The position numbers and the translations under genes are program-made. A DNA stretch of 64,000 nt from positions 49,402-113,401 of IMG/VR virus record IMGVR_UViG_3300010373_000002; one strand, written 5' to 3'. The notes below the pieces were generated by a model. The model was not told the origin of the DNA and searched no databases. It was given only the letters and a program-made list of their open reading frames with translations. Positions 27,994-37,247 of the stretch are shown here, one piece after another (the first letter of the stretch is position 1; each line of letters begins with the position of its first letter). Source of the stretch: a virus.

Positions 27994-29132
27994 GCGACCG
28001 TTACCCTTCGATCGAAGACGAGCAGATCGACCAAGCATTCATCGACGAGTTTATCGACGCCACCTTCGAGTTCGGCCGCGATTACGGCCCGCTCGGCGAA
28101 TTCGAATACCCCAAAGACCTCCAGAAAGCCGCGAACGCGAAGTGGCGAATCCACTTGAGCGGCTATCAAAAATTAGGCAACTTCGTTCGGGTTGCACCTA
28201 AGTACGACCCTTTAACGACCGAACTCGACAACGGGCACGCCACCTTCTTTACGCAATGCTCCCTATTGCACTCCAAGGAAGGCTACTTTCGCGGGGCGGC
28301 TGTCGGTGAGTGTAACACGCGGGAGAAGCCCAGTACGGCAAAAGTTTGCCCGAAGTGCAATAAAGCGGCAATCGCCAAGTCTTCATACGAAGGCGAGGGC
28401 TACTACTGTAACGGCAAAAAAGGCGGCTGCTACGCCAAGTTCGGCCTAAACGATAAAGCGATCACCGAACAATCCGGGACGGAATTGCCGGGCTGGGAGA
28501 TGCGCAATAAAGCAGTCAAGATGGCGATGATCCGCAGCTACGAGAGCGCGGTCGGCTTCTTGACCGGGACCGGCGACTATTTCTCGGGCGAGGCCGGCAT
28601 CCGTCTCAAGGCGAAAGCCCTCGGCCTCAAAGCGCCGCAGCAGACTCCACGCAAGGAAGTCGCCAAACCTTCACCCAAGGCCCCTAGCGAGTCTCCCAAG
28701 GCATCGACGCCGACTCCCAAGCCGGATACCCCTAAAGAGGAGACGAAGCCTACAGCGTCAAAGGCGGACGCCAGGGCGGAAGTCGAGAAGGTAGCCAAAG
28801 AGGTATTAGAGTCTAAACTCGGCCAAGCGTCCAAGGAAGAGGTTTCGGCCCACATCAAGAAAGCGCTCGCGGATTGCGAGGCGATCTTCAAGGTCAACCA
28901 TCCCAAGATCGCGCCGCCGGTGATTAAGATCGCCTATGTCAGCGGCGAACTCTACAAGAAGATTCTCGGCGACAAGGCCGTCGAAGCCGCCGGAAAAGAC
29001 GAATGGTTCGCGGCGATCTCGGCCGACTACCAAGCGTCGCCGGCGAAGGTCAAGGATCGGATCACGGGCATCTACCAAGAGTACGTCTCCATGTTGCTCG
29101 GTGACCAATCCGAATTCGGGAAGGGGATTTGA
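27984..29132 (+). CDS. Putative ssDNA-annealing/recombination protein with a Zn-finger insert
   Basis: DYG, G.CNTREK, CPKC..C..C, N.AVKMA..RS...AV; Pro/Lys linker. Confidence 0.5.
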   Translation: MPLSDRYPSIEDEQIDQAFIDEFIDATFEFGRDYGPLGEFEYPKDLQKAANAKWRIHLSGYQKLGNFVRVAPKYDPLTTELDNGHATFFTQCSLLHSKEGYFRGAAVGECNTREKPSTAKVCPKCNKAAIAKSSYEGEGYYCNGKKGGCYAKFGLNDKAITEQSGTELPGWEMRNKAVKMAMIRSYESAVGFLTGTGDYFSGEAGIRLKAKALGLKAPQQTPRKEVAKPSPKAPSESPKASTPTPKPDTPKEETKPTASKADARAEVEKVAKEVLESKLGQASKEEVSAHIKKALADCEAIFKVNHPKIAPPVIKIAYVSGELYKKILGDKAVEAAGKDEWFAAISADYQASPAKVKDRITGIYQEYVSMLLGDQSEFGKGI

Positions 29133-29140
29133 GTTGAACT

Positions 29141-30082
29141 ATGAGCAAAGAAGAACCTACCGCAGACCACATCTTCAGCGAAGAGGATGTGGAGGCCGCA
29201 CGGATGCTGGCCCGCTTCTACCGCTCGATCGGCTTGAATCCGCTCCCGTCCTTGGGCGGCAGGCCGATGTTGAAGTTTTCCAAGTATCGCGAGGAATTGG
29301 TCCGCGACGAATTGTTTGATAAGTTTTGGACTCCCCAACTGGACGGCAGGTTTTACACTCCCTCGATCCAAGTTCTGACGGGTCGGCGTTGGCGATTGCT
29401 AGTAGTGGATTGCGACGGCGAAGAAGGCAAAGAATGGTGGTTCTCGAACCACTATCACGAGCGAACGTGGGTCATTGAAACAGGCGGAGGCGGCGTTCAT
29501 GTCTGGTACAGGCTCCCCAAAAACATTCCCTTCGAAGTCGGCTTTGCAACCCTCTGGAAAGGGGAAGGCAAACATAACGCCGTCGAGCGATTGTGCGACG
29601 GAAGACAAGCCGTCTCGCCGCCGTCGATCCATCGGAAGACAGGCGTCAAGTACCGATTCCGATCAAAAGCGGAAAGCTACGAACGGCTCAGTCAACCGGC
29701 CTTATGTCAGCCTTGGGTGTACGAGTTCCGACATGAAGTCAAGGAAGCCGAAAACCCTATTCTCTTGAAGAGGCGTCCCAACGAGGATGTCGGCGACGTC
29801 CGCGATTTGATCGACTCGATCCATGACAAGGCCGCGTTGGCGCGATCATGGGGATTGGACATCGTTGGCGACCGCGAGAACTCGGACGGCTGGATTCCTT
29901 GCCGAGTCTTCTACCGCCAAGACCGCGATCCCAGCGCGTCGTTCTCGCCGTCCACCGGCAACTATTGGGACGCGGACCAAGGTAAAGTAATCACCTTCTT
30001 GGAACTCGCCGTGATGCTTGGTCCTTACACTGATAAGCGAGACGCGGTTCAATCCTTCCAACAATACTATGGCTCTCAATAG
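29141..30082 (+). CDS. Bifunctional primase-polymerase N-terminal domain protein
   Basis: LLVVDCDG, TGGGGVHVWY, VSPPSIH..TG..Y. Confidence 0.8.
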   Translation: MSKEEPTADHIFSEEDVEAARMLARFYRSIGLNPLPSLGGRPMLKFSKYREELVRDELFDKFWTPQLDGRFYTPSIQVLTGRRWRLLVVDCDGEEGKEWWFSNHYHERTWVIETGGGGVHVWYRLPKNIPFEVGFATLWKGEGKHNAVERLCDGRQAVSPPSIHRKTGVKYRFRSKAESYERLSQPALCQPWVYEFRHEVKEAENPILLKRRPNEDVGDVRDLIDSIHDKAALARSWGLDIVGDRENSDGWIPCRVFYRQDRDPSASFSPSTGNYWDADQGKVITFLELAVMLGPYTDKRDAVQSFQQYYGSQ

Positions 30083-30090
30083 GAGTTTTT

Positions 30091-31059
30091 ATGCGATCGG
30101 CGATTATGATGGAGTTGGTGGACGAGCAAGAACTTTTGGCGACGTTGGAATCTCGGCTTGAAGCCAAGCTGTCCGCGTTCATGGAGGTAGGCGAAATCCT
30201 TTCGGAGATCATGGAGAAGCGACTCTATCGGCATGAGTACGCCACCTTCGAGGATTACGTCGAAGGCCGTTGGGATTTAGGAAAGAGACAGGCTCATCGA
30301 ATTTTAAGCGCTCACGAAACTTCTCTGGCGATTGCCAGGGAAGTAAATGGAACAGAACTCGCAAACAATAAGCATGTTAAAATTTGTGACCCAGTGGGTC
30401 ACTTTTCGGAACCCGCCGAGAAACCAATCGTGGTTCTCCCGAAGTCTGAAAGGCAGGTTCGTCCGCTGACAAAACTTCCTAAAGACGAAAGGACGGCGGC
30501 GTGGAAAGAGGCGGTCGAGAACGACGGCGGACAACCTACGGCGAAAACGATCGAAAGAGTGGTTGCCGCGAAACGCGACAATAAACGTGACAAAGACAAA
30601 GAGAAAAGTGACAATCCTGAAACGAAGTTGACTTGCGTCGTTGAAGACTCTATCGACGATTTCGCGGAAGCGACCGCCGCTCCCGAACCCACTCCGGTTC
30701 TCGCTCCCGTCATTCCGCCGGAACCGACCGACGAAGAGTGGGTCCAGTCGCTCCATCTCTACAAGCGGCTTGCCGGCCAACAGCGGGATTGGTTCGTCGA
30801 AGACGCGCTCGCTTATCGCAAGATGGAGCCGACGATCCGGCGCGATGCCGAGGAAGCCAGGGCGAAGCTGCCTAAACCGAAGAAAGGGGAGCGTCAGCCG
30901 CCGTTCTTGTACCGAGCGTGGCGCTGGGCGAGAAGCGAGCATCCTCGTCACTGGAACCTTTGCCCCGGTCCCGAGGACGGCGGATGCAACGGGACGGGAG
31001 TTCGGCCTGTGTGGAACGATACCTGCCTCAAGTGCAGAGGAGCGGGGTACTTCGCCTAA
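30091..31059 (+). CDS. Hypothetical DNA-binding protein with a C-terminal Zn finger
   Basis: G..L.EI...RLYR..Y.TFEDY...RW; ERQVRPL; C.GTG..C..CRGAG. Confidence 0.7.
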   Translation: MRSAIMMELVDEQELLATLESRLEAKLSAFMEVGEILSEIMEKRLYRHEYATFEDYVEGRWDLGKRQAHRILSAHETSLAIAREVNGTELANNKHVKICDPVGHFSEPAEKPIVVLPKSERQVRPLTKLPKDERTAAWKEAVENDGGQPTAKTIERVVAAKRDNKRDKDKEKSDNPETKLTCVVEDSIDDFAEATAAPEPTPVLAPVIPPEPTDEEWVQSLHLYKRLAGQQRDWFVEDALAYRKMEPTIRRDAEEARAKLPKPKKGERQPPFLYRAWRWARSEHPRHWNLCPGPEDGGCNGTGVRPVWNDTCLKCRGAGYFA

Positions 31060-32852
31060 TGATCGCCGGAATATTCGGCGATCCCTTTTCCCTCCGTCCG
31101 ACCGATATCAAACTCCATTATTACCAGCGTGAAGCCTTTGACGGCGTAAGGGAGGAATTCCTACGCGGCGTTATGAGGACGCTTGTCGTTATGGCGACTG
31201 GTACGGGCAAGACGATCGTCTTTGGGGCAATCGCCAGAAGCGCGGTGGAGAAGCGGAAACGAGTCTTAGTGGTAGTGCCCTGGGACTCGCTCGTAAACCA
31301 AGCCATTGAGACCTTGACCGATTACGGCATGGAGCCGGCATTAGAAAAGGCCGAGTCTTACGCCCGCGCATTCGACGATCCGGCGGTCGTTGTCGCCTCG
31401 AAGCAGTCGATGGTCGGCGAGCGGTTGGCGTCCTGGCCGAAGGACTATTTCGATTTGATCATCGACGACGAATCGCATCATATCGTCTCATCGACGGGCA
31501 TCTCCCTTATTAGCCATTTCTCCAAGGCTCGACTGGTCGGATTCACGGCGACTCCCGAGCGAGCGGACGGCGAGAACCTGGGCGATGTCTTTGAGTCGAT
31601 CGCTTACCAATACAATATGTGGAAGGGGATGGATGATCCGCAGGGACCGTTCCTGTCCAAGATGACCATCGTCGATATTCCGACCGGCGTCGATCTCCGC
31701 AACATCAAGACGACGCGGAAGAACGACTTCTCTATCACCGAGCTAGAAGAGGCGATCGGCCCTCACGTCGCCACCCTGGCGAAAGCGATCGTCGCGGCCA
31801 CGGGCGACCGCCAGACTGTTATATTCACGCCGGACGTGGGATCGGCCACCGCTTTCTATTCGGCGATGGTGGGGAACGCGGAGCGTGGCTTGAAGGGCTT
31901 GGGCGTGACTGCGGATTGGATCAGCGGCGACCGGCCGGACGGGGCCGACGTAACGAAGGCGTTCAAAAAAGGCAACATTCAGTACGTCGCGAACTGCAAC
32001 AAATACACGGAGGGGTTCGACCACGAAGGAATCCAAGCCATTGCTTTGTGCCATCCGACCAAATCAAAGTCGCGACTCATCCAGCAAATCGGCCGGGGAA
32101 CGCGGATCGACCGGAGGCCCGGTTCGAGCAAAAAGAACTTTCTTGTCTTAGACTTTCAATGGATGATGAAAGACATCAGAGATCGCATTCGGCCGGTGGA
32201 TTTAATTTACACTGGACGGTATGAACTGAAAGATGGTAAGATACAAGAAGAGTCGTGCTCGGAGAAGACCACGAAGAAACGCCGCGAAGTCATGGATATG
32301 GCCGACCAAATCATCAAAGAGAAGCCGGGGATCGAGTTGATCCAAGCGATCCACGCGGCCAAAGAGCGGATTCGCGAGCGAAACAAGAAGTCGCTGCCCG
32401 GCATCGCCGAGGACGAAGAGACGAAGCGGGGCAAGGCAAAGGGCCGGCAGGTTCTCTTGGTGGACGCGAAACCGGATGAGAAGCAAGAGTTCCGCATGAC
32501 GACATGGGAGCCGGTCGAGTACGGCGCGACGAACACGGAGACGGTCCCGACGACGAAGCGGCTCCAAGAGGCCGATCGCTGGCAAGGGACGATCACCGAA
32601 CCGCAAAAGAAAGCCTTGATGGCGCGAACCAAAGGGAAGATGCCGGACCTGGACAAGTTGTCCAAGCGGCGAGCGGGTTACTTGATCGGCTGGCTACTTG
32701 AGAGGAGCAATAAGGGATTGGCGACATACCCTCAGATGATTTCCTTGATCAAATCCGGCATCCCGGAGAACGTGGCAAACAAGTACACGTTCGAGGAAGC
32801 CGATAAACGCCTTGAGGCGCTTTTTGGAAGCAAGAAGAAGCGGAAGGCGTGA
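31059..32852 (+). CDS. SF2 DEAD/DEAH-box helicase
   Basis: ATGTGKT, DESH, TATP, TEGFD, QQIGRGTR. Confidence 0.92.
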   Translation: MIAGIFGDPFSLRPTDIKLHYYQREAFDGVREEFLRGVMRTLVVMATGTGKTIVFGAIARSAVEKRKRVLVVVPWDSLVNQAIETLTDYGMEPALEKAESYARAFDDPAVVVASKQSMVGERLASWPKDYFDLIIDDESHHIVSSTGISLISHFSKARLVGFTATPERADGENLGDVFESIAYQYNMWKGMDDPQGPFLSKMTIVDIPTGVDLRNIKTTRKNDFSITELEEAIGPHVATLAKAIVAATGDRQTVIFTPDVGSATAFYSAMVGNAERGLKGLGVTADWISGDRPDGADVTKAFKKGNIQYVANCNKYTEGFDHEGIQAIALCHPTKSKSRLIQQIGRGTRIDRRPGSSKKNFLVLDFQWMMKDIRDRIRPVDLIYTGRYELKDGKIQEESCSEKTTKKRREVMDMADQIIKEKPGIELIQAIHAAKERIRERNKKSLPGIAEDEETKRGKAKGRQVLLVDAKPDEKQEFRMTTWEPVEYGATNTETVPTTKRLQEADRWQGTITEPQKKALMARTKGKMPDLDKLSKRRAGYLIGWLLERSNKGLATYPQMISLIKSGIPENVANKYTFEEADKRLEALFGSKKKRKA

Positions 32853-32873
32853 GTAGCGAAAAACGCAGAGGAT

Positions 32874-33218
32874 AGACACAAGTTGGTTCGCCTGAAAACG
32901 GCGACAGGTTCGGGACGGCCCTTCCTGACAAAAAAAGTCTTGGCCGTGCAGTGAAAAAAGCTGCTGGGGTTACAACCTCCCCCAGCGATTGCCAGAGGTA
33001 TATCTAGCCGGGGGCCTCGTTCGCACGCCCGAAACCACCTATTATCCCGAGAAGGGTTTTCCAAGCAACGCGGAGCAGTAACGATCTGCCACAGGGGCCG
33101 CGTCTTGGTCGATATGGCATGTAGCCACTCTGATTGCCGGAGTGGTTTGAAAAAATGGTGGGTCAGTACGGTTAGTAGTGCGGGAATCTGCAATAAGTTT
33201 TTGGTAGTGCTTGTGTCT
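32874..33218 (+). ncRNA. Candidate ~345-nt multi-stem structured element (ncRNA or ssDNA origin)
   Basis: Closing helix AGACACAAGT/GCTTGTGTCT encloses at least 8 hairpins; no credible ORF. Confidence 0.55.
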
Positions 33219-33320
33219 TAACGAACGAAGAAGCAAAGCCTCCGCATAATACTAATATGCCGGGGGGATGACCCCACTCTGTATTGGTGAAATTAACTAA
33301 TTAGTTTTCAAACCAGACTC

Positions 33321-33349
33321 TTGACTTTTCATCGTGACACTGTTACTAT
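33321..33349 (+). promoter_or_regulatory. Sigma70-type promoter for the HNH gene
   Basis: TTGACT-17-TACTAT; the spacer contains a GACACTG half-site. Confidence 0.65.
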
Positions 33350-33405
33350 TATTGAGTAGAGATCGTCGAGTGGATTTCAAGCACTTCGCGAGAGGAGTGA
33401 AAGCC

Positions 33406-34083
33406 GTGAGCTACGCCAGAACAGTCACCGGCCAAAAAATCGCGTTCCGAGTAAAACTGAAAGAGATGGGTTTCTCTTCCTATGCCGACTATCTTCGATC
33501 CGCCCACTGGCGACGCATTCGAGAAGAGTACGTTGCCTCTAAACTTTCAGAGCGATGCGCTCTTTGTGGTCGCGACGAATACCAACTCCACCACAAGAGC
33601 TACGCCCGTCTGGGTCGGGAACTCTTGATGGATTTCGTCGCATTGTGCGGCCAATGCCATTCGGCTTTACACAGAGAGTCGGAATCCGAAGGAATCCAAC
33701 TCTCGACTCCTCATGCGGCGATCCGGTCAATGACTGGCATGGGCAAAGGTAAGGCGAAAAGGACGGCGTACTCTTCGACGCTGTATGGAACCCGATGGAT
33801 TCCGCGAGGGCTTAAAGACTTAAGAAGGATGTATTGCAAACTCGGGAAAACCGGAACAACGATGCAGCACGAGCGGTTAGTGGGTGGAGACCTTCCTAAT
33901 TTCTGTCTCATGACAGAAAGGAACGCTTCGGAATACTGCCGAGTTTTAACGGGAGTCGAATACAATACCGATTTCAATCCAAAGGTGGCCGACGAGAAAC
34001 CAGCCAATATTCTAATTTTTGACTCCACCCGGCCACAATCCGACAAACGGCTTTCCTTTGGAGGTTGTCTCGGCGATGACTAA
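33406..34083 (+). CDS. HNH endonuclease
   Basis: Y..YL.S.HW..R, CALC, LHHKSY.RLG.E, LCGQCH..LH; AGGAG RBS with a GTG start. Confidence 0.85.
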   Translation: MSYARTVTGQKIAFRVKLKEMGFSSYADYLRSAHWRRIREEYVASKLSERCALCGRDEYQLHHKSYARLGRELLMDFVALCGQCHSALHRESESEGIQLSTPHAAIRSMTGMGKGKAKRTAYSSTLYGTRWIPRGLKDLRRMYCKLGKTGTTMQHERLVGGDLPNFCLMTERNASEYCRVLTGVEYNTDFNPKVADEKPANILIFDSTRPQSDKRLSFGGCLGDD

Positions 34084-34348
34084 GCCTAAGTGGTATCAAA
34101 CCGGCTGGTTCCGACTCGCCTTCGTGCTCGCTCTCGGCTTTGAGGCCTGCTACGCACTCGGCGGGTTGCGGTTCTTCGGTCTCGTTTCCTTGCATGTCGG
34201 CATCGGCCTTCTGATTTTGGCCGGCGTCTTGTTGACGATCGCCGCCACATTGGCGCTTTTCTATGTCGCCGTCTCCGAGGTCTGGGAGTGGTTTCGGGAG
34301 AGGCGTTTCAAGCAGGAAGCCCTCAAAGGAAAGGCTGACGAATTATGA
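34076..34348 (+). CDS. Membrane protein
   Basis: GGAGG RBS; two hydrophobic helices. Confidence 0.6.
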   Translation: MTKPKWYQTGWFRLAFVLALGFEACYALGGLRFFGLVSLHVGIGLLILAGVLLTIAATLALFYVAVSEVWEWFRERRFKQEALKGKADEL

Positions 34349-34521
34349 AAATTCTCAAGCGGATATTACGAAACTTGCTCTTGGTCTCTCCGATCCCGAT
34401 CTTTTTCTTTATTCTCTATGCCGTTTTCTACGCCTTTCCTATTCTCGGAGGCCCTGTTTATTTCCCGGCGATATGCCTTATTGTCGTCCTTTTCGGCCTA
34501 TTACTCGGAATGAAAGTATAA
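34345..34521 (+). CDS. 58-aa two-TM protein (absent from the track)
   Basis: MKILKRILRNLLLVSPIPIFFFILYAVF...; ATGA overlap. Confidence 0.55.
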   Translation: MKILKRILRNLLLVSPIPIFFFILYAVFYAFPILGGPVYFPAICLIVVLFGLLLGMKV

Positions 34522-34523
34522 CT

Positions 34524-34754
34524 ATGACACTATTGACAGCGATCCGCATCTACGGCCCCATAGACCCCGACGTGGCGTTCTCGAAGTGTACGGGGAGTCT
34601 TCGCCAGCTCTGTGCCAGGTCGATCATCTTGGAGCGCATAGGCCACATCAAGACACTCCGGGACGGCAAACTGGACGTGACCGAGAAGGGTCGGAAATGG
34701 TGGGCCGAGACATACGCTCGGCGACGTGCCGAAACCGAATGCTGCGGGGTCTGA
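34524..34754 (+). CDS. Small winged-helix-like protein
   Basis: LERIGHI......VTEKGRKW wing motif. Confidence 0.5.
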   Translation: MTLLTAIRIYGPIDPDVAFSKCTGSLRQLCARSIILERIGHIKTLRDGKLDVTEKGRKWWAETYARRRAETECCGV

Positions 34755-34874
34755 AAGGGGATGGCGATGGTTTGTGTTCGAGAGTCGCTTAGGCCGGGGT
34801 CATGTTTGCCTGAGTGCGGTTGCCGTCAAAGATCGGAAGATTTTGATCGTTATTGGGAAGGAGTTTTTGGAACC

Positions 34875-35303
34875 ATGAGAAAGTTTTTCGGTCGGTTATG
34901 GGATTGGTTTCACCGCTGGATTCTCTGGGGTCCGGACGACTCGGTTCCCGAGTGGCAACCGGGATACGATAAGAATTCCGATCTTACGTGGGTCGAGGCG
35001 ATGCAAGCGGAAATCGCCGCGTCGGAAGAGAACATCCAAAAGACCAAAGAGGAATCGCCGCCTCCGCTTGAAGTGGAAACCGAGTACACGTTCGAGAACG
35101 AGCCTCTGACGGCTGAAGAAGAGGCGATCCTTAACGCCCTGCCTAAACCTGGCAGCCAAGACCCTAGAGAATTGTCTTTGGAGGAGTTTGCGAAAGCGCG
35201 GTACTACGCCTTTGTCGGCGATGGAATTTGGGTTGGGCCTTTCGTGGTCAAAGACGGCGATTTCAAAATAATTTGGGAACCGACTTTTCTGGCTTGCCTT
35301 TGA
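34875..35303 (+). CDS. Hypothetical protein
   Basis: AGGAG RBS upstream of MRKFFG. Confidence 0.5.
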   Translation: MRKFFGRLWDWFHRWILWGPDDSVPEWQPGYDKNSDLTWVEAMQAEIAASEENIQKTKEESPPPLEVETEYTFENEPLTAEEEAILNALPKPGSQDPRELSLEEFAKARYYAFVGDGIWVGPFVVKDGDFKIIWEPTFLACL

Positions 35304-35366
35304 CGAGTGGTAAGCGTATACTGTGTTTGTGGCAGAGAAACGATCCGCATAGAAACGGGAGCGGTC

Positions 35367-35723
35367 ATGACCGACAGACATTTCACCGTAGGCCAAGTCG
35401 TCTGGACGTGCGAACAACCTTATGAGGGATCGGCCACGGACAAGAGCGGAAAACCGGCTCGTCCGCACGAAGTCAAGATTTTAGAGGTCGCCTTCGACGG
35501 AGAACGTCTTCGGTGCGATATGGACCATATCTATAGGAAACCAGAGTCATTTCATGCGGCCCGCCTTGAAGCGTTGAGAGTTTACGTCAGATTACTTTGG
35601 GAGGAGTGGGATCGCCTCGAAGACAAAATGAGAGCCGTTGACGACGAAGAAGACTGGGTTGACTCCGAGTTGGAGACAATGCTGAATCTTGAAGACAAGG
35701 AAAGGATCGCCAATGCCTCGTGA
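35367..35723 (+). CDS. Hypothetical protein
   Basis: GGGAG RBS; FTVGQVVW start and a C-terminal coiled coil. Confidence 0.55.
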   Translation: MTDRHFTVGQVVWTCEQPYEGSATDKSGKPARPHEVKILEVAFDGERLRCDMDHIYRKPESFHAARLEALRVYVRLLWEEWDRLEDKMRAVDDEEDWVDSELETMLNLEDKERIANAS

Positions 35724-36138
35724 ACGAACGCCCGTCTCGTGTGCTTTGGAACCGGAAACCGAGTCCGATAAGGCGTTCTTGAACAAGATCGGCCAACTGT
35801 TCAATCTTTACATGAGGCAGAGAGCCGTGCCGAAATACAAGGCCGCCGCCGAGAAAACCCGCAGAGAGGTCGCCATGCGGCTGTACGCCAGGAATTATAA
35901 CGACATGATCGACTCGCCGATCAACGTCAATCGCCATGTGCGCGTCGGTTCGTACAGGTTGACGGCGATCTCTCTGAATGACTTCGACATGATTAGAGCG
36001 CCGTTCGTGAACCACGCCCGAGTCAAGGGAATCAAGTGTAGAGACACGGAATCCCTTGAATATAAAGAGAAGAATAAGTGGACCCCGACCGATCCAAGAA
36101 ATCTTTACCGCTTGAGGTTACATGAAGACTTTCAATAA
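35713..36138 (+). CDS. Hypothetical protein
   Basis: AAGGA RBS; coupled ORF. Confidence 0.55.
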   Translation: MPRERTPVSCALEPETESDKAFLNKIGQLFNLYMRQRAVPKYKAAAEKTRREVAMRLYARNYNDMIDSPINVNRHVRVGSYRLTAISLNDFDMIRAPFVNHARVKGIKCRDTESLEYKEKNKWTPTDPRNLYRLRLHEDFQ

Positions 36139-36610
36139 GTTGGTTTTTTTGTCGGTATTATCTCTGATCGGCGTTACCTTTATCGGTCAATCGGCGGCGG
36201 GATTTCCTAAGCGGTTTGTCGTCACGGAAAATCACCAAAAGGCAACGATTACTAAAGGGGTCGAGTTGCATGTGAAATTACCTGAAATAAAACTTGGGTA
36301 TACGTGGCGTATGAAGCGTAAATATATCCAGTATACGGAATACCAAAGCGAGGACGAGAACCAACCGTTCGTTTCTACCCGAATGATTCCCACGGACGAT
36401 TTTGTTTTTCCCGATGAAATCCTTTCCTTCGTGGCCGTGACGACGAACCGTGTTAAAGCCAAAAGAAAGAAGGATTATCGGCAATCGGTCATCTATTTGT
36501 TCAAAGGAAAGAAGGTCGGCTCGGGTGTGATGGAGTTTGAGAGCACGTCTTTCTCGGCCGATTTTGTCCCGCACACGCAGCGATTCGAGGTCGAGGTCGA
36601 AGTCCAATAA
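36122..36610 (+). CDS. Secreted protein resembling the chagasin/I42 cysteine-protease-inhibitor fold
   Basis: Signal peptide; ITKGVELHVKLP....GYTW; YLFKGKKVGSGVMEF; FEVEVEV. The canonical inhibitory loops are diverged. Confidence 0.5.
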   Translation: MKTFNKLVFLSVLSLIGVTFIGQSAAGFPKRFVVTENHQKATITKGVELHVKLPEIKLGYTWRMKRKYIQYTEYQSEDENQPFVSTRMIPTDDFVFPDEILSFVAVTTNRVKAKRKKDYRQSVIYLFKGKKVGSGVMEFESTSFSADFVPHTQRFEVEVEVQ

Positions 36611-36619
36611 GGATCAACA

Positions 36620-37042
36620 ATGTCTTCATCCACTTTCAGGCAAAACCCTTGCGATGGCGAACACGAGAGTAAGTATCACCGACGAAGCTATAACCGAAAG
36701 AAGCGAACCAAACCAAAAGGCATGAATCGGACGGAGGTCGCTTACCGCAAGGTTCTCGAACTAAGGAAAGGATTGGATGTCGGCGATATCGAGAGTTGCG
36801 TGTTCGAGGGTAAGACGTTTGTTTTGAGCGATAAGTACGAATGCAGTTACACGCCCGACTTTTTCGTTAAGCTGGTCGGCGGCGGAATCGAGTGCCACGA
36901 GGTCAAGGGTGGGCCGGCCAAAGACGACTCTAAGGTCAAGTTCAAGTGGGCGGCGGAAACTAATCCAACGATTAAGTTCTTTTGGTGCGTCGGCACTCGG
37001 GTAGACCGGGACATCCAATTCGATATTCGCGACCGTCCTTGA
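36620..37042 (+). CDS. PD-(D/E)xK endonuclease (DUF1064-like)
   Basis: MNRTE..Y, YTPDF, HEVKG, KVKFK.AA. Confidence 0.75.
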   Translation: MSSSTFRQNPCDGEHESKYHRRSYNRKKRTKPKGMNRTEVAYRKVLELRKGLDVGDIESCVFEGKTFVLSDKYECSYTPDFFVKLVGGGIECHEVKGGPAKDDSKVKFKWAAETNPTIKFFWCVGTRVDRDIQFDIRDRP

Positions 37043-37054
37043 AAGGAATCTTTT

Positions 37055-37246
37055 ATGTATCAATGTTTAACGTGCGGTGAAATCAGAGGCGTCTACTACT
37101 CGCCGATCCAAAAGATGATGTGCTGTAGTAAGTGCGGACTTCCCGTCACGATCGCCGCCTCGAAGAAGACAGACATGGCGAGAATTCAGATGGATAGCCT
37201 GCTCAAGACAATGACGGCCGATACCCATGAGGAGTTAAAGGACTAA
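37055..37246 (+). CDS. Small Zn-ribbon protein
   Basis: CLTC...CSKC; AAGGA RBS. Confidence 0.55.
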   Translation: MYQCLTCGEIRGVYYSPIQKMMCCSKCGLPVTIAASKKTDMARIQMDSLLKTMTADTHEELKD

Positions 37247-37247
37247 A

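Noticed and set aside
32732-33193. 153-aa minus-strand ORF
   Set aside because: No RBS or protein-like pattern; it overlaps the helicase antisense; the region is better explained by nested stems.
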